Below, piece after piece: positions 23,301 to 34,175 of a stretch of 63,923 bases of DNA (position 1 is its first letter; each line of letters starts with the position of its first letter). The stretch is from Negaprion brevirostris. Its lineage: Eukaryota. A program made the translations under genes and the position numbers. The notes under the pieces were generated by a model. The model did no database searches and was not told the DNA's origin. It worked only from the letters and a program-made list of their open reading frames with translations. The stretch is taken from contig JARDVH010000150.1 in assembly GCA_030324005.1 (NCBI GenBank), forward strand, positions 35,880,626 through 35,944,548, read 5' to 3'.

Positions 23301-23904
23301 TGCCTTCGATTACAGCCTTCTCCTTCAAGAGTGGACAGACTGTGTTAATGGGCTTGGGTGAAGTGTTTGCTATAGCTGAACTGCGTACATTCAGAGGGTG
23401 AGATGTGATATGCAGCTGTGAGGAGAGGTCATTAATTGTTTTTCCAGCATCGCTGCCACATTCTCAAAATTATACTTTGTGCATAAACAATCCTTGTCAT
23501 GTGCTCACATTCCTTGCAGATATTCAGGCTTCCTGCCTGACTTCCCTTCTTCTCTGGCATCGCTAAAGCTGAAAGTCCTTTCCTTCATCTGGTATGCCAA
23601 TATCTTTCTCCATCAGTGTTCCAAGTAATTAATTCTCCAGTAGCAGGCTGTGCATTTCTGCAATTTCCCTTAGAGATAATACCTTTTAAAATAGAAGGCT
23701 ACCTCGAGCACATACTTTCTTCACAAGGTCGTTTGGTCCCCTATAATGTGTCAAGGAAACTGACAGCACATTGGAGTCCAGTGCAGCGCCATCAGAGAAA
23801 TGACGATGATGCACAAATTTTACTTGTTACCCACCTCATTTCCAACAGGATCCCATTCCCAAAAATTGGGCAAACTAATTTTTAGCCCAATGCTTCTGTT
23901 TATA

Positions 23905-24530
23905 AAATTAAGGACCGTGTGTGCACTTTTAACAATCTTCTCAACTTGTGTGTCCATCTTCAAATATTAGTGCACATAAGTCCCAGATGTCTGTTTCTGG
24001 ATGCCCTTTAGTTCTGTATCATTTACTTTATCGTTATGATGCCTCTCTCATTCTTGCTACAAAAATGTACCGTTTCACCCTCCTGTCATCTGCCAGGTTC
24101 ATGATCACTTCGCAGTCTCCCTATGTCCTCAAAGTCTCTTAATTTCCTCCTCACTGCTACATTTGAGTTTCCTGTCATCTGCATATAGGGCAGTTGTCAC
24201 AAAACTGGCCTCTGGGAACACCACTGCATACTCCCCTCCTGTCCCTTAACCCATTTTGTACCCATGGTGTCACTGCCACTATAATTTCATGAGCTTCAAT
24301 TATACTAATAGGTCTGTTATGTGATATTTTATCAAACACCTTTAAAAAGTCTATACATGAATCAAATATGCCACCTTGATCAACTCTCTCCATTACTTTA
24401 TGGAACAAAGCAATCAAGTTAGCCCAACACATTTGGTCTTTAACAAACCCATGCTGATTTAGTTATTAATCCATATTTTTCCAAGTGAGAATTAATTTTG
24501 TGCTGACTGGTGTGTAATTGCTTACATCTC
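23905..24530 (-). mobile_element. Decayed CR1 RT fragment
   Basis: CWANLIALFHKVMERVDQG..IDFLKVFDKISHNR..SGVPRG. Confidence 0.85.
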
Positions 24531-25266
24531 TCTCCTTTTTTGATCATCATGAGCAGTTGCAATTCACAAGTTCTCTGGCACTGTTTCCAGACCAAGAGAA
24601 TTGCAAGATCACAGCCAACATCTCTGCAATCGCCAATGTTTCTGCAACTACCAATGTTACTTCCCTCAACAACCCAAGATGCATCCACTTACAACGCTGA
24701 CTTGCTACGTTGAACATTGCCAACCTTTTAATTACCTAATCTTTACTTTATTCACATCAATTATTTTGTTTACTACCTCTTCTTTAACTGTGGCATTAAT
24801 GGCATCACCTTCTTTAATGAAAGTGATTTGGTATTGCAACCATGCCCCTTGCTCCATGAAATATAACACCCTTTTGGTCACTAATTGGTTTATGACATTG
24901 CATTAGCAATCCAGGTTATGCATTCAAATCCCATAAAAGCAAGTTGGAAAACTGAATTGACTTAAGTGGAAGTAGAAAAAAAAAGCCTTGAAATATGTTA
25001 ATTAAGGGGGTTTTCACAATAACTTCATTGCAGTGTTAATGCAAACCTACTTGTGACACTAACAAATAAACTTTAATTTTAGAAATACGTTAATTAAGCT
25101 AGGAATAAGCCAACTCACATCTTAAATGAGAATTTCTACCCAGTGTGTGTCCATGGCAATTATTTATAGCAGCATCAAAAACTGGACGCATGAACTATCT
25201 TGGTTGTCATTGCACAATGGGAAAATTTATTAAAAGGTGATCTGCCATCTGCTAAATTTTTGCCTT

Positions 25267-25339
25267 GGATTCCAGCAGGAATTCAACTCACGATCACTGG
25301 TTTACAAGACTAGTAGGCTAACCGCTGAGCAATGAAGCT
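25267..25339 (-). pseudogene. tRNA-Thr(UGU) pseudogene
   Basis: Reverse complement AGCTTCATTGCTCAGCGGTTAGCCTACTAGTCTTGTAAACCAGTGATCGTGAGTTGAATTCCTGCTGGAATCC (73 nt) resembles vertebrate tRNA-Thr-TGT. Acceptor and anticodon stems are mispaired and the T-loop TTC is changed to TTG. Confidence 0.75.
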
Positions 25340-26386
25340 AACAAGGTACCAAATTTCACAGATGGGAAGATCATGCCATTATCAGACTTAAAAAAAAGAC
25401 TATGTATGGAGTATGGCAAATCATATTCCATACACAGCTGGATCATTGAAGAGGCTTTCCCACAAAGTTGTATTTCCTGTTCCTTTTGTGTCAAGCTTTT
25501 CTATTTGGGGGTGGGGGGGGGGGGCGGGGAGCGGTGGTGCGATGCTGTGGNNNNNNNNNNNNNNNNNNNNNNNNNNNNNNNNNNNNNNNNNNNNNNNNNN
25601 NNNNNNNNNNNNNNNNNNNNNNNNNNNNNNNNNNNNNNNNNNNNNNNNNNGGGTGGGGGGGGGGGCGGGGAGCGGTGGAGCTATGCTGTGGCAGTCAGGG
25701 GATTGGGTTTTTTCCCCTTTGGGCTTTCAGTTTCTTTTTGGGCAGACTGTGGTTTGAAAACAGTTGAGCAGCAAGCTAAGAAGCAGTCTCTTTCTCTTCC
25801 TATTTTTTTTCTCTTTGGTTTGATTCTGCCTTGAAGAAGCTGTGTTTTGGGAAATAGATTTGACTACAATCTCTCTGAGTTTCTTCACAAGGGAGTTTCA
25901 GCGTTCAACCCAGAAGACTGGATTCCTCTAACAAGTGGGCATTAACCTATGCTGTATTGTTTATTTGGAGGATTTTGTGTATTGGATGTTGGTTTTGGTT
26001 GGAACACATTAGAGATATTCTTTAAGAGTTATACGTTATCGTGGATGTTGTGTTTCTTGTTTGTAATTGTTAAAAGGTTTTGCTAAGTGTCTTACTGTAC
26101 ATGTCAACAATATTCTTAATTAAACTTTGTTGTTGATAAAAGCTCTTCTTCGGTCAGTGGAAATACACCTGAAGTGAAACCTTTCATGCTCATCCTCGCC
26201 AAATTCAACGTAAAACGTTACAGGTTAGGCAAGCTTCACAGAACACCTTGGAGTATCCAACCTGACTTTTAACAATTGGCAAAAACCATTAGCAGTAAAT
26301 AACTGTTTTATATTGCACGTTATGATCAAGAATGCATTGAATGGGTGTTGGAAGCAGATTCAGTAGTACCTTCCAAAGCACTATTG

Positions 26387-26745
26387 GCAGCGTGGTGGCA
26401 AAGTGGTCAGCACTGCTGCCTCTCAGTGCCAGGGATCCAGGTTTGATTCTGTCTTGGGGTGACTGTGTGGTGTTTGCATGTTCTCCCCATGTCTGCGTGG
26501 GTTTCCTTTGCATGCTCCAGTTTCTTCTCACAGTCCAAAGATGTATGGGTTAGATGGATTGGCCACGCTAAATTGCATCTTAGTGTCCAAAAGATGTGAA
26601 GTTGGTGAAATAGCCATGGTAAATGCATGGGATTAAGGGGATAGGGCAGCCAGAGTGGCCTGCGTGGGATGCTCTTTCGGAGGGTTAGTGCAGAGTCGAT
26701 TGATCCATGGCCATCTTCTGCACTGTAGGGAGTCCATGGTTCTAT
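26387..26745 (+). mobile_element. HE1-type SINE
   Basis: ggcagcgtggtggcaaagtggtcagcactgctgcctc head; ttctgcactgtaggga tail. Confidence 0.9.
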
Positions 26746-27956
26746 AGGATAGACACTCAAATAGGACAAATATTGGAAAAGAGCAAATTGGCACAGACAC
26801 AAAGGGTCAGGGAGCCTCCAGTACTGTACGATTCTGGCCTATGAAAAGCGATCACTCTTTCATTAGATAATTTAGCTACTGAGTGAGATTTTCACATAAA
26901 TAGTTAAAACCTCATTGTGAAAAACAATGCTTCGCTGCCATTTATTGAGCTGAAATATTGCCCAAAATATGTGCTTTCACTAAATGTTGTATATTTCACA
27001 ACATAAACAAGTCTACCTAATGAATTGTCTTGTATCTTGTCATGCCTTTATCAAAGCTTTGTTGGAAGTTCTCAACATGTCCCACTAATCTGGGTTTGAC
27101 CTTTTACTCGACTTACGAACTAATGAGCTGAATTTGCTTCTGAGTTTTTTTCTTACATAAGTATACGTATTTGTGATGGAAGAAAGACACTTGTTTCGAT
27201 GATGCATTTCTATAGCTTTTATTTTATCTATGAATATCAGAACTTATACTAACAGTAGATGAAAGGAAATAATACCTTATGTTAATGCTAGTTAAAATCA
27301 AAAGAAGTTGAATGTTGAGAACAATCCCGCCTGTTTTTACTGACACTAGTTGATTATGAGAGAGACATATATAAAATACATCTTCCTTATTTTAATTTGT
27401 TTTAAAAATAGTTACATTTTCAAAGAAAACACAGGAGAGAAATAGAAGAGACAGGACAAGGGAACTAGCTTGAGTGAGCAGACCCCAAAGAACAGCATAA
27501 AGGGGTGGGGCGAGTGATTAGTCCAAAAGTACGAGTTAGGGAATCATGGTGGAAGGGAAGGAGAGATAGTAATGGGAATCTGAATAAATGGGCAATATAG
27601 TGGAAGTGACTGAACGAAGGAGTTGCTGAAGGAGGCGTGTTTACGACAATCCCACTTCACACCAGACAATCATTACATACCACTCTGAAGGAACAAACAA
27701 AACGCAAGCAGAGGAAAAGAGAGACTGTTAAGCAGTGAGAAACATGAGAAGAGCCAGAGAGAGAGAGAGACAGAAGCGGACAGAGAGAAAAAGCAATACA
27801 AAAACAATACAGCTAGGAAATAATTGATGTACTGTAAGTTAAAGTAAAATGTCAGGTCATACAATGAAGCAACAATTTTTCATAAAGCTGCAAACTCCAA
27901 CTGTGAAACTCAAGTAATCTATTAATGCAGCAGAGAATGAAGTATTGCATTAAGCT

Positions 27957-27989
27957 CATTGTGAATAAGTTTGGAGGTCTGGTTGACAG
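27957..27989 (+). pseudogene. Possible relic J segment (J3)
   Basis: CATTGTG + 6 nt + TTT GGA GGT CTG GTT GAC AG|GTGAGT, ~300 nt before pseudo-C3; 11 nt shorter than J1 and no nonamer. Confidence 0.3.
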
Positions 27990-28373
27990 GTGAGTGCATA
28001 GTGAAATGGTGCAACACAGGTGCAAATGTAAGAAATAACAGCCATCACTTGCAAATCATACAGCTGTTCCAAACAGCACAATAATGGAGTGTCTTGGGAC
28101 CAACGGTGGAGGGTGGAAGCCGCATCCAAGGCTGGATGCCAGCACTGATGATCCAAAGTTGTCTTGTTTTGTTGGAACACTTGTAAGTTATAAAGGGGAA
28201 TGAATAGCAGGAGATGTACTGCAGACTATAACATACATTATGAATGTATATGTGCGTTATTATTCCATCGTCATGTTGCTCTGGTCTCAATTACAGCTCA
28301 GCAACTTGCTGATCCTTCAGCAAAAAACTACTTGGCCTTGAACAGAATTATCCAAAGGAGACGCCCCACAACT

Positions 28374-28713
28374 GGAGCAGCACAGTGACACAGTGGTTAG
28401 CACTACTGCTTACAGCGCCAGGGACCTGGGTTCGATTCCCGGCTTGGGTCACTGTCTGTGTGGAGTTTGCACATTCTCGTGTCTGCGTGGGTTTCCTCTG
28501 GGTGCTCCGGTTTCCTCCCACAGTCAAAGATGTGCAGATTAGGTTGACTGGCCATGCTAAAATTGCCCCTTAATGTCCAGAGATGCGTAGGTTAGAGGGA
28601 TTACTGGGTAAATATGTAGAAATATGGGGGTAGGGCCTGGGTAGGATTGTGGTCAGTGCAGACTCAATGGGCCAAGTGGCCTCTTTCTGCACTGTAGGGT
28701 TTCAATGATTTCT
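28374..28713 (+). mobile_element. HE1-type SINE inserted in pseudo-C3
   Basis: Full head, core and tail; flanked by AACT at 28370-28373 and 28714-28717. Confidence 0.92.
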
Positions 28714-28846
28714 AACTCTTTGCCTGGCCAGCAAATTATCCATGAGTTTCACTGGGGCGAGTTGGACAGTCACTGGGAGTCCAAAAGCAGTGAGTTTCCC
28801 TATCCATCGCAGTTGTGGGACACAATCTCAACAGCTACCTGGTGGT

Positions 28847-31474
28847 GAAACCAAAAGAAAACATGCTGGAAGATCTCAGGTCTGGCAGTATCTGTAAGAG
28901 AAAAGGACTGATGTTTCGAGTCCAGATTACCCTTTGGCAAAGCTAAAAGGCATCCTAAGTGGGAGATATTTATACTGTTGGGTGAAGGAATGAAAGATGA
29001 GTTAGCCACAAAAACAAAGGGAAAGGCTGCTAGTGGCAGTCCATAGAGAATAGAAGGTCTGAAAGGCCAAACGGCAGAGAAACTGAAACTGGAAGGTAAA
29101 CTGTGGCAGATGATGATGTGGGGTGGGGGTGGGGAAGATGGGTGGGAGAAAGGTACAATTGAGAAGAAGGGGGAAAGAGGGAAGCAAAGGGGTGAAAGGA
29201 TAAGAAAGGCGGATAAAATGGGGAGGGAAAGAGTAGGCGGGCAGAAAAAATAAAATAAAGAAATAGAAGGCAGAGAACAGTAAAAATTGAATAAAATGAA
29301 AACAAAGGGGTTGAGTTATTCATCTGAAGTTGTTGGATTCAATGTTGAGACTGGAAGGCAGTAACATTCCTAACCGGTAGGTGAGATGCTGTTCCTCCAC
29401 TTTGCGTTAAGGACAGACATGGACATGTAAACAAGATCATGTGTTAAAATGGCAAGCCATGGGAAGATCAGGGTCCTGATTGCGCACAGACCAAAGGTGC
29501 TCAGCAAAGCAATCATCCAGTCTATGTCTGGTCTCTCTGATACAGAGACCACATTGGAAGCGGAGAATGCAATAGACCAAATTGAAAGAGGTGCAAGTGA
29601 AACTCCAGTTAACCTGGAATGTGTGTTTTGGACCTTGGATGGTAAGTATGGAAGAGGTTATATCTTCTGTGATTGCATGGGAAGGTGCCATAGGTGACAG
29701 GAGAGGTGTTGGTTATAATGGAGGAGTGGAATGGGTTATCTCTGGGGGGACGATCTCTGAGGAATGCTGACAGAGGGAGTGAAGAAAAGATGTGTTCAGT
29801 GGTGGCATCACACTGAAGTTGGCGAAAATGACGGAGCATTATGCTTTGCATGTGGAGGCTGGTGAGGTGAAATAAGAACAAGGGCGACTCTATCCTTCTT
29901 CTGGGAGAGATGGAATGGGGTGAGGATCGTGGTGCTGGAAATGGACCGCGTGCTGTTGCCAGTCCTGTCAACTTCTGTGGATGGGAAACCATGGTTGAGG
30001 AAAGAGCACATATTAGAAGCACCACTTTGGAAAGTGGTATAATTGGAACCAATATGATGGAGGCGAAGGAGCTGAAAGGGATGGAGTCCTTACAGGACGT
30101 AGGCTGTGAAGAACTGTAGTCTAGATAGCTGTGGGAGTCAGCACACTTGTAATGGAGACAGAAAGGTCAAGGAAGGGAAGGGAAGTACCTGAGATGGACC
30201 AGGTGAAGGTGATGGAGTGGTGGAAATTGGAAGCGAAGTTGATGAATGTTTCCAGGTCTGGACGAGAACATGAAGCGGTACCAAAATAGTAATCAGTATA
30301 CCAGTAAAGGAGTTGTGGGAGGGGATCTGGGCAGGCCTGGAACAAGGAATGTTCCACAACCCCAAAAAAAGACCAGCGTATTTAGGACCCATGCAGATAC
30401 CACTGTTACTCCTCTGATTTGGAGAAAGTGGAGTGAATTAAAGGAGAAGTTGTTGAGAGATAGAACTAGTTCAGCCAGGTGGAGAAGAGTAGTGGTGAAT
30501 AGGAATTGTTCAGACTTCTTTTCAAGAAAGGAGCGAACAGCTCTCAGGCCATCCTGGTGTGGGATGGAGATATAGGGTGATTGCACATCCAAGGTGAATA
30601 CAAGGCGGTTAGAGCCTGCGAACTGGAAGCTGTCAATATGACACAGGTCATCAGAGAAGTCCCGAATGTAGGTGGGGAGGGAATGAATCAGAGGAGTGAC
30701 GGTGGACTCAAGTGAGGCATGAGCTGACACAATAAGCCAACACAATGAGCCTACCAGGACAGTCCTTTGTGGATTTTGGGAAATAGGTAGAAGTGGGCTG
30801 CCTGGGGTTGGGAGACTATGAGGTCGGAAGCTTATCCAGAGCTGGTGGGGAAGGCATCCAGAGGAAATGAGGACAGTGATGGTGTTGGAGATAGTGGCTT
30901 GACGTTCAGTGGTGTGNNNNNNNNNNNNNNNNNNNNNNNNNNNNNNNNNNNNNNNNNNNNNNNNNNNNNNNNNNNNNNNNNNNNNNNNNNNNNNNNNNNN
31001 NNNNNNNNNNNNNNNNTGGTGTGGTCACTGTCCAAGGGTAGGTAGGAGGAAGTATCTGAGAGTTGGTGCTCAGCCTCTGTGAGGTAGAATTCAGTATACC
31101 AAACGACAACAGCACCTCCTTTGATGGCAGGTTTGACAACAAAGTCAGGGTTGGATCTGAGGAAGCGAAGAGCAGAAAGTTCAGGAGAGGTTAGAATGGG
31201 TGAGGGGGACAGAAATATTAAGATGGCCAATGTCCTGTCGACAGCTCTCAATGAAAAGATAATTGTCCCTTTGGGGGTGTCCAACTAGAGGACACCTCGC
31301 CCTACAGTATAAATATCCCCCACCTTCTATGTCTTTTAACTTTGACAAAGCGTCATCTGGACTCAAAATGTCAGCTCTTTTCTCTCCTTACAGATGCTGC
31401 CAGAGCTGCTGAGATTTCCTAGCATTTTCTCTTTTGGTTTCAGATTTCAGCATCAGCAGTAATTTACTTTTATC
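28847..31474 (-). mobile_element. Penelope-like retroelement (RT + GIY-YIG, decayed) with inverted terminal repeats and 15-bp TSD
   Basis: Minus ORFs: VVKPAIKGGAVVVW, FTLDVQSPYISIPHQDGL, NNFSFNSLHFLQIRG, LPFLDLSVS, FTCTSFNLVYCI..C..CIRETRHRLDDCFAEHL. TSD cagctacctggtggt at 28832-28846 and 31475-31489. Confidence 0.92.
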
Positions 31475-31829
31475 CAGCTACCTGGTGGTCCCAGGCACAG
31501 ACAACTTTGAAAACAACTGCAACAGTCACATAATCCGATTAAAATTAGTAAGTGTTACAAGTTCGTACCATCTGATTTGTGACAATAATGAAAATGTTCA
31601 TTTAAAGATTTAAAAATGGAGTTCTTCAAACTTATTTACTCTTTGTTACTTCTATGGTTTTCTTCGATGCCCTGGAATATTTAGTGGATCCAAAATGGAA
31701 GAGTTTAAACAAAAAGCTTTTCAACAGACTACTTATTTTTCATGCAGTCTTCAGTTATGGACTAGTGCCGCTTGGGTGGTATTCTTGTGTCCATCATTCA
31801 GATAGGTAGTGGGGATGGAGAAGGGTGGT

Positions 31830-32884
31830 GGAAGTGGAGGGAACAGAACTTATCTGGCACTCTTGCTCCACATAGTTCATGGAAAGACAGGGATGATAAC
31901 CAAATTAGGCTCTGTGAGGATGGGCAAAGAGCCTGCTTATATTCACTCTCTATCTACTTCACTTGTAAATAGATTGTACTTAACCAAGTATAGCAACTGA
32001 CATGTGGAAGAGTCAGCAACTTCAGGAGAGGACAGGAGGAAAAGAAGATAACCACATTTTACAAGTGGATATTAAATACACTACACGAGAAAGTGGAAGC
32101 AGATTCAACAGGTTAGTTTGCCGGGTGTTAACGATGGAAAGATGGTAGGAGTGGAGGGCCTGAATGAGATCATTGTTACTAGAGAGGCAGNNNNNNNNNN
32201 NNNNNNNNNNNNNNNNNNNNNNNNNNNNNNNNNNNNNNNNNNNNNNNNNNNNNNNNNNNNNNNNNNNNNNNNNNNNNNNNNNNNNNNNNNNNNNNNNNNN
32301 NNNNNNNNNNNNNNNNNNNNNNNNNNNNNNNNNNNNNNNNNNNNNNNNNNNNNNNNNNNNNNNNNNNNNNNNNNNNNNNNNNNNNNNNNNNNNNNNNNNN
32401 NNNNNNNNNNNNNNNNNNNNNNNNNNNNNNNNNNNNNNNNNNGTCCGAGGAGTTAGAAAGAGGTAGTACTAATCCCTCAGTTGATAAATGCAACATACAG
32501 ACCAGAACATGCGAAGTTCACCACTCGGTCTATGTTGAGTTAACTGACCAGAGCCAGCGGCCAGAGAAACAGTTTTGTCCTTAGTTGTTGTATCAAAACC
32601 CATCTCTTTTAATTTCCTCCCTGAACAATCTCATTGGCAGGGGATGGAAAGTCTCTCCATGCCCTTTGTCCAGGCTCACATTTGAGCAATGTGCAGCCAG
32701 CTGGAAAAACAGGAGTGAGGATCAGATTAGGCTCTGTGGGAATGGGCAAACGGCCTGTTAATATTCACACTCTAACTACTGCTCTCGTAAATAGATAGTA
32801 CTTAACCAAAGCATTGCAACTGACATGTGGAAGAGTCAGCAACTTCAGAAGAAGACAGGTGGAAAAGGGAGACAACCACATTTA
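31830..32884 (+). repeat. Diverged direct duplication of ~200 bp (about 31830-32060 and 32640-32884), possibly old SINE relics
   Basis: Shared attaggctctgtg..atgggcaaa..gtaaatagat.gtacttaacca and an identical 33-mer at 31993-32025 and 32816-32848. Confidence 0.85.
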
Positions 32885-33924
32885 CCCTCCACCCACTCCC
32901 TCATTTCCCCCAGTTACTCCATTTACTAATACTGATCTATCACATCAGCAGTGGTTATGAAAAGTGACCATATATGACAAATATGGCTGATATTCCTCCT
33001 TGCTTCCCAAGACTCTGCTACATTGTCACGAATGCTTCTCCAGCCGAGATCCACAAATNNNNNNNNNNTCTAAAATTCTCTGGTATTACACTGGCTGACG
33101 TACTTCCCTTTTGAATTCAAGGTAGGAATTCTTACTTGTGAGATCTGATGTACACACACTTATACTAGCTGTTAGAAGAAACTTGAATACATGTATATTC
33201 ATTAAGTGACTTAAGATGATGAACACAAACACGCAAAATATTTAAAATCATCTTCTTACCAGTCACAAGAAGTCAGCAATCAAACCACGTGGGCTTTTGT
33301 CAAATTGTTGATAGTGTGGTTCACAATGTCAGATTGTTAATCCTTTATACCAGCTCCTGATAATGCCACCAGCATTTACTATTAGCACAATGCTAAAAAA
33401 AATTAACATTAAAAACAAATTAAATCTCAAAAATAATCAGACCACTTTTAGCAGTTTAAATTTTGAACAGTGCAGTTGATGACAATCTTTTTGTAAGAGA
33501 TTTGTACTTACTGATCTCTTTCATCTCCTTCCTCCTACTTGCTGTCAATGTTTTAAACCAGCAACTAGGAATAGCCTGATGGAGGGTATTTTGTGTAGAT
33601 TGTCTCTTTGATGATCTCAATGTTCTCATTTGCGATATCAAGAGATTCTGCCCCTCCAACTAATACTCTATTCGCCACAAGTACAACTTATTTTCGATAA
33701 AGCGTGTGTAAAAACAAAAAAGGACAGTTCAAGGGGCATACAGCATCTATGAATGTCACCAAATGATCTTTCCTAGACAGAGGTAAGACAGAAAAAGTAA
33801 TTTTAAAAATGCTTACATGCAATGGTAGTATGAATTAAATCAGGTCATTTCCTGCTTCCATTATTTTCAAAATCTCCTCTTAAGGGTTTGCAGGCAGTAG
33901 CCACTTTTTATGTCAAATTACTGT

Positions 33925-34175
33925 GATGGGTGTCACACACTAAAGTTCATTTATTAGTGTCACAAATAAGCTTACATTAACACTACAGTGAAGTTACTGT
34001 GAAAATTCCTTAGTTGGCATATTCCAGAATCTGTCTGGGTACACTAACCAGCACATCTTTTGGACTGTGGAAGGAAACCCATGCAGACAAGGGGAGGTGT
34101 GTAAACTCCACACAAAATCACCCAACCTGGGTCCCTGGCACTCTGACACAGCAATGCTAACCAATGTGCCATCGT
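33925..34175 (-). mobile_element. HE1-type SINE (decayed)
   Basis: Reverse complement of the head (tgctaaccaatgtgcc) and tail (tttattagtgtcaca..gaagttactgtgaaaa) seen at 14478-14745. Confidence 0.8.

Larger units (their letters stand above)
28297..31542 (+). pseudogene. Ig sigma C pseudogene 3 in three pieces (28297-28373, 28718-28846, 31490-31542)
   Basis: Acceptor attacag|ctcagcaact matches C1; middle piece reads LCLASKLSMSFTGASWTVTGSP..NSYLV; last piece cccaggcacagac..aaaacaactgcaac..taatcc. The second-Cys region is deleted. Confidence 0.88.

Noticed and set aside
25690-26275. Possible solo LTR ending in taaca; gag-like peptide at 12.8-13.0 kb (minus)
   Set aside because: No partner LTR, TSD or diagnostic motif that I can verify by eye.
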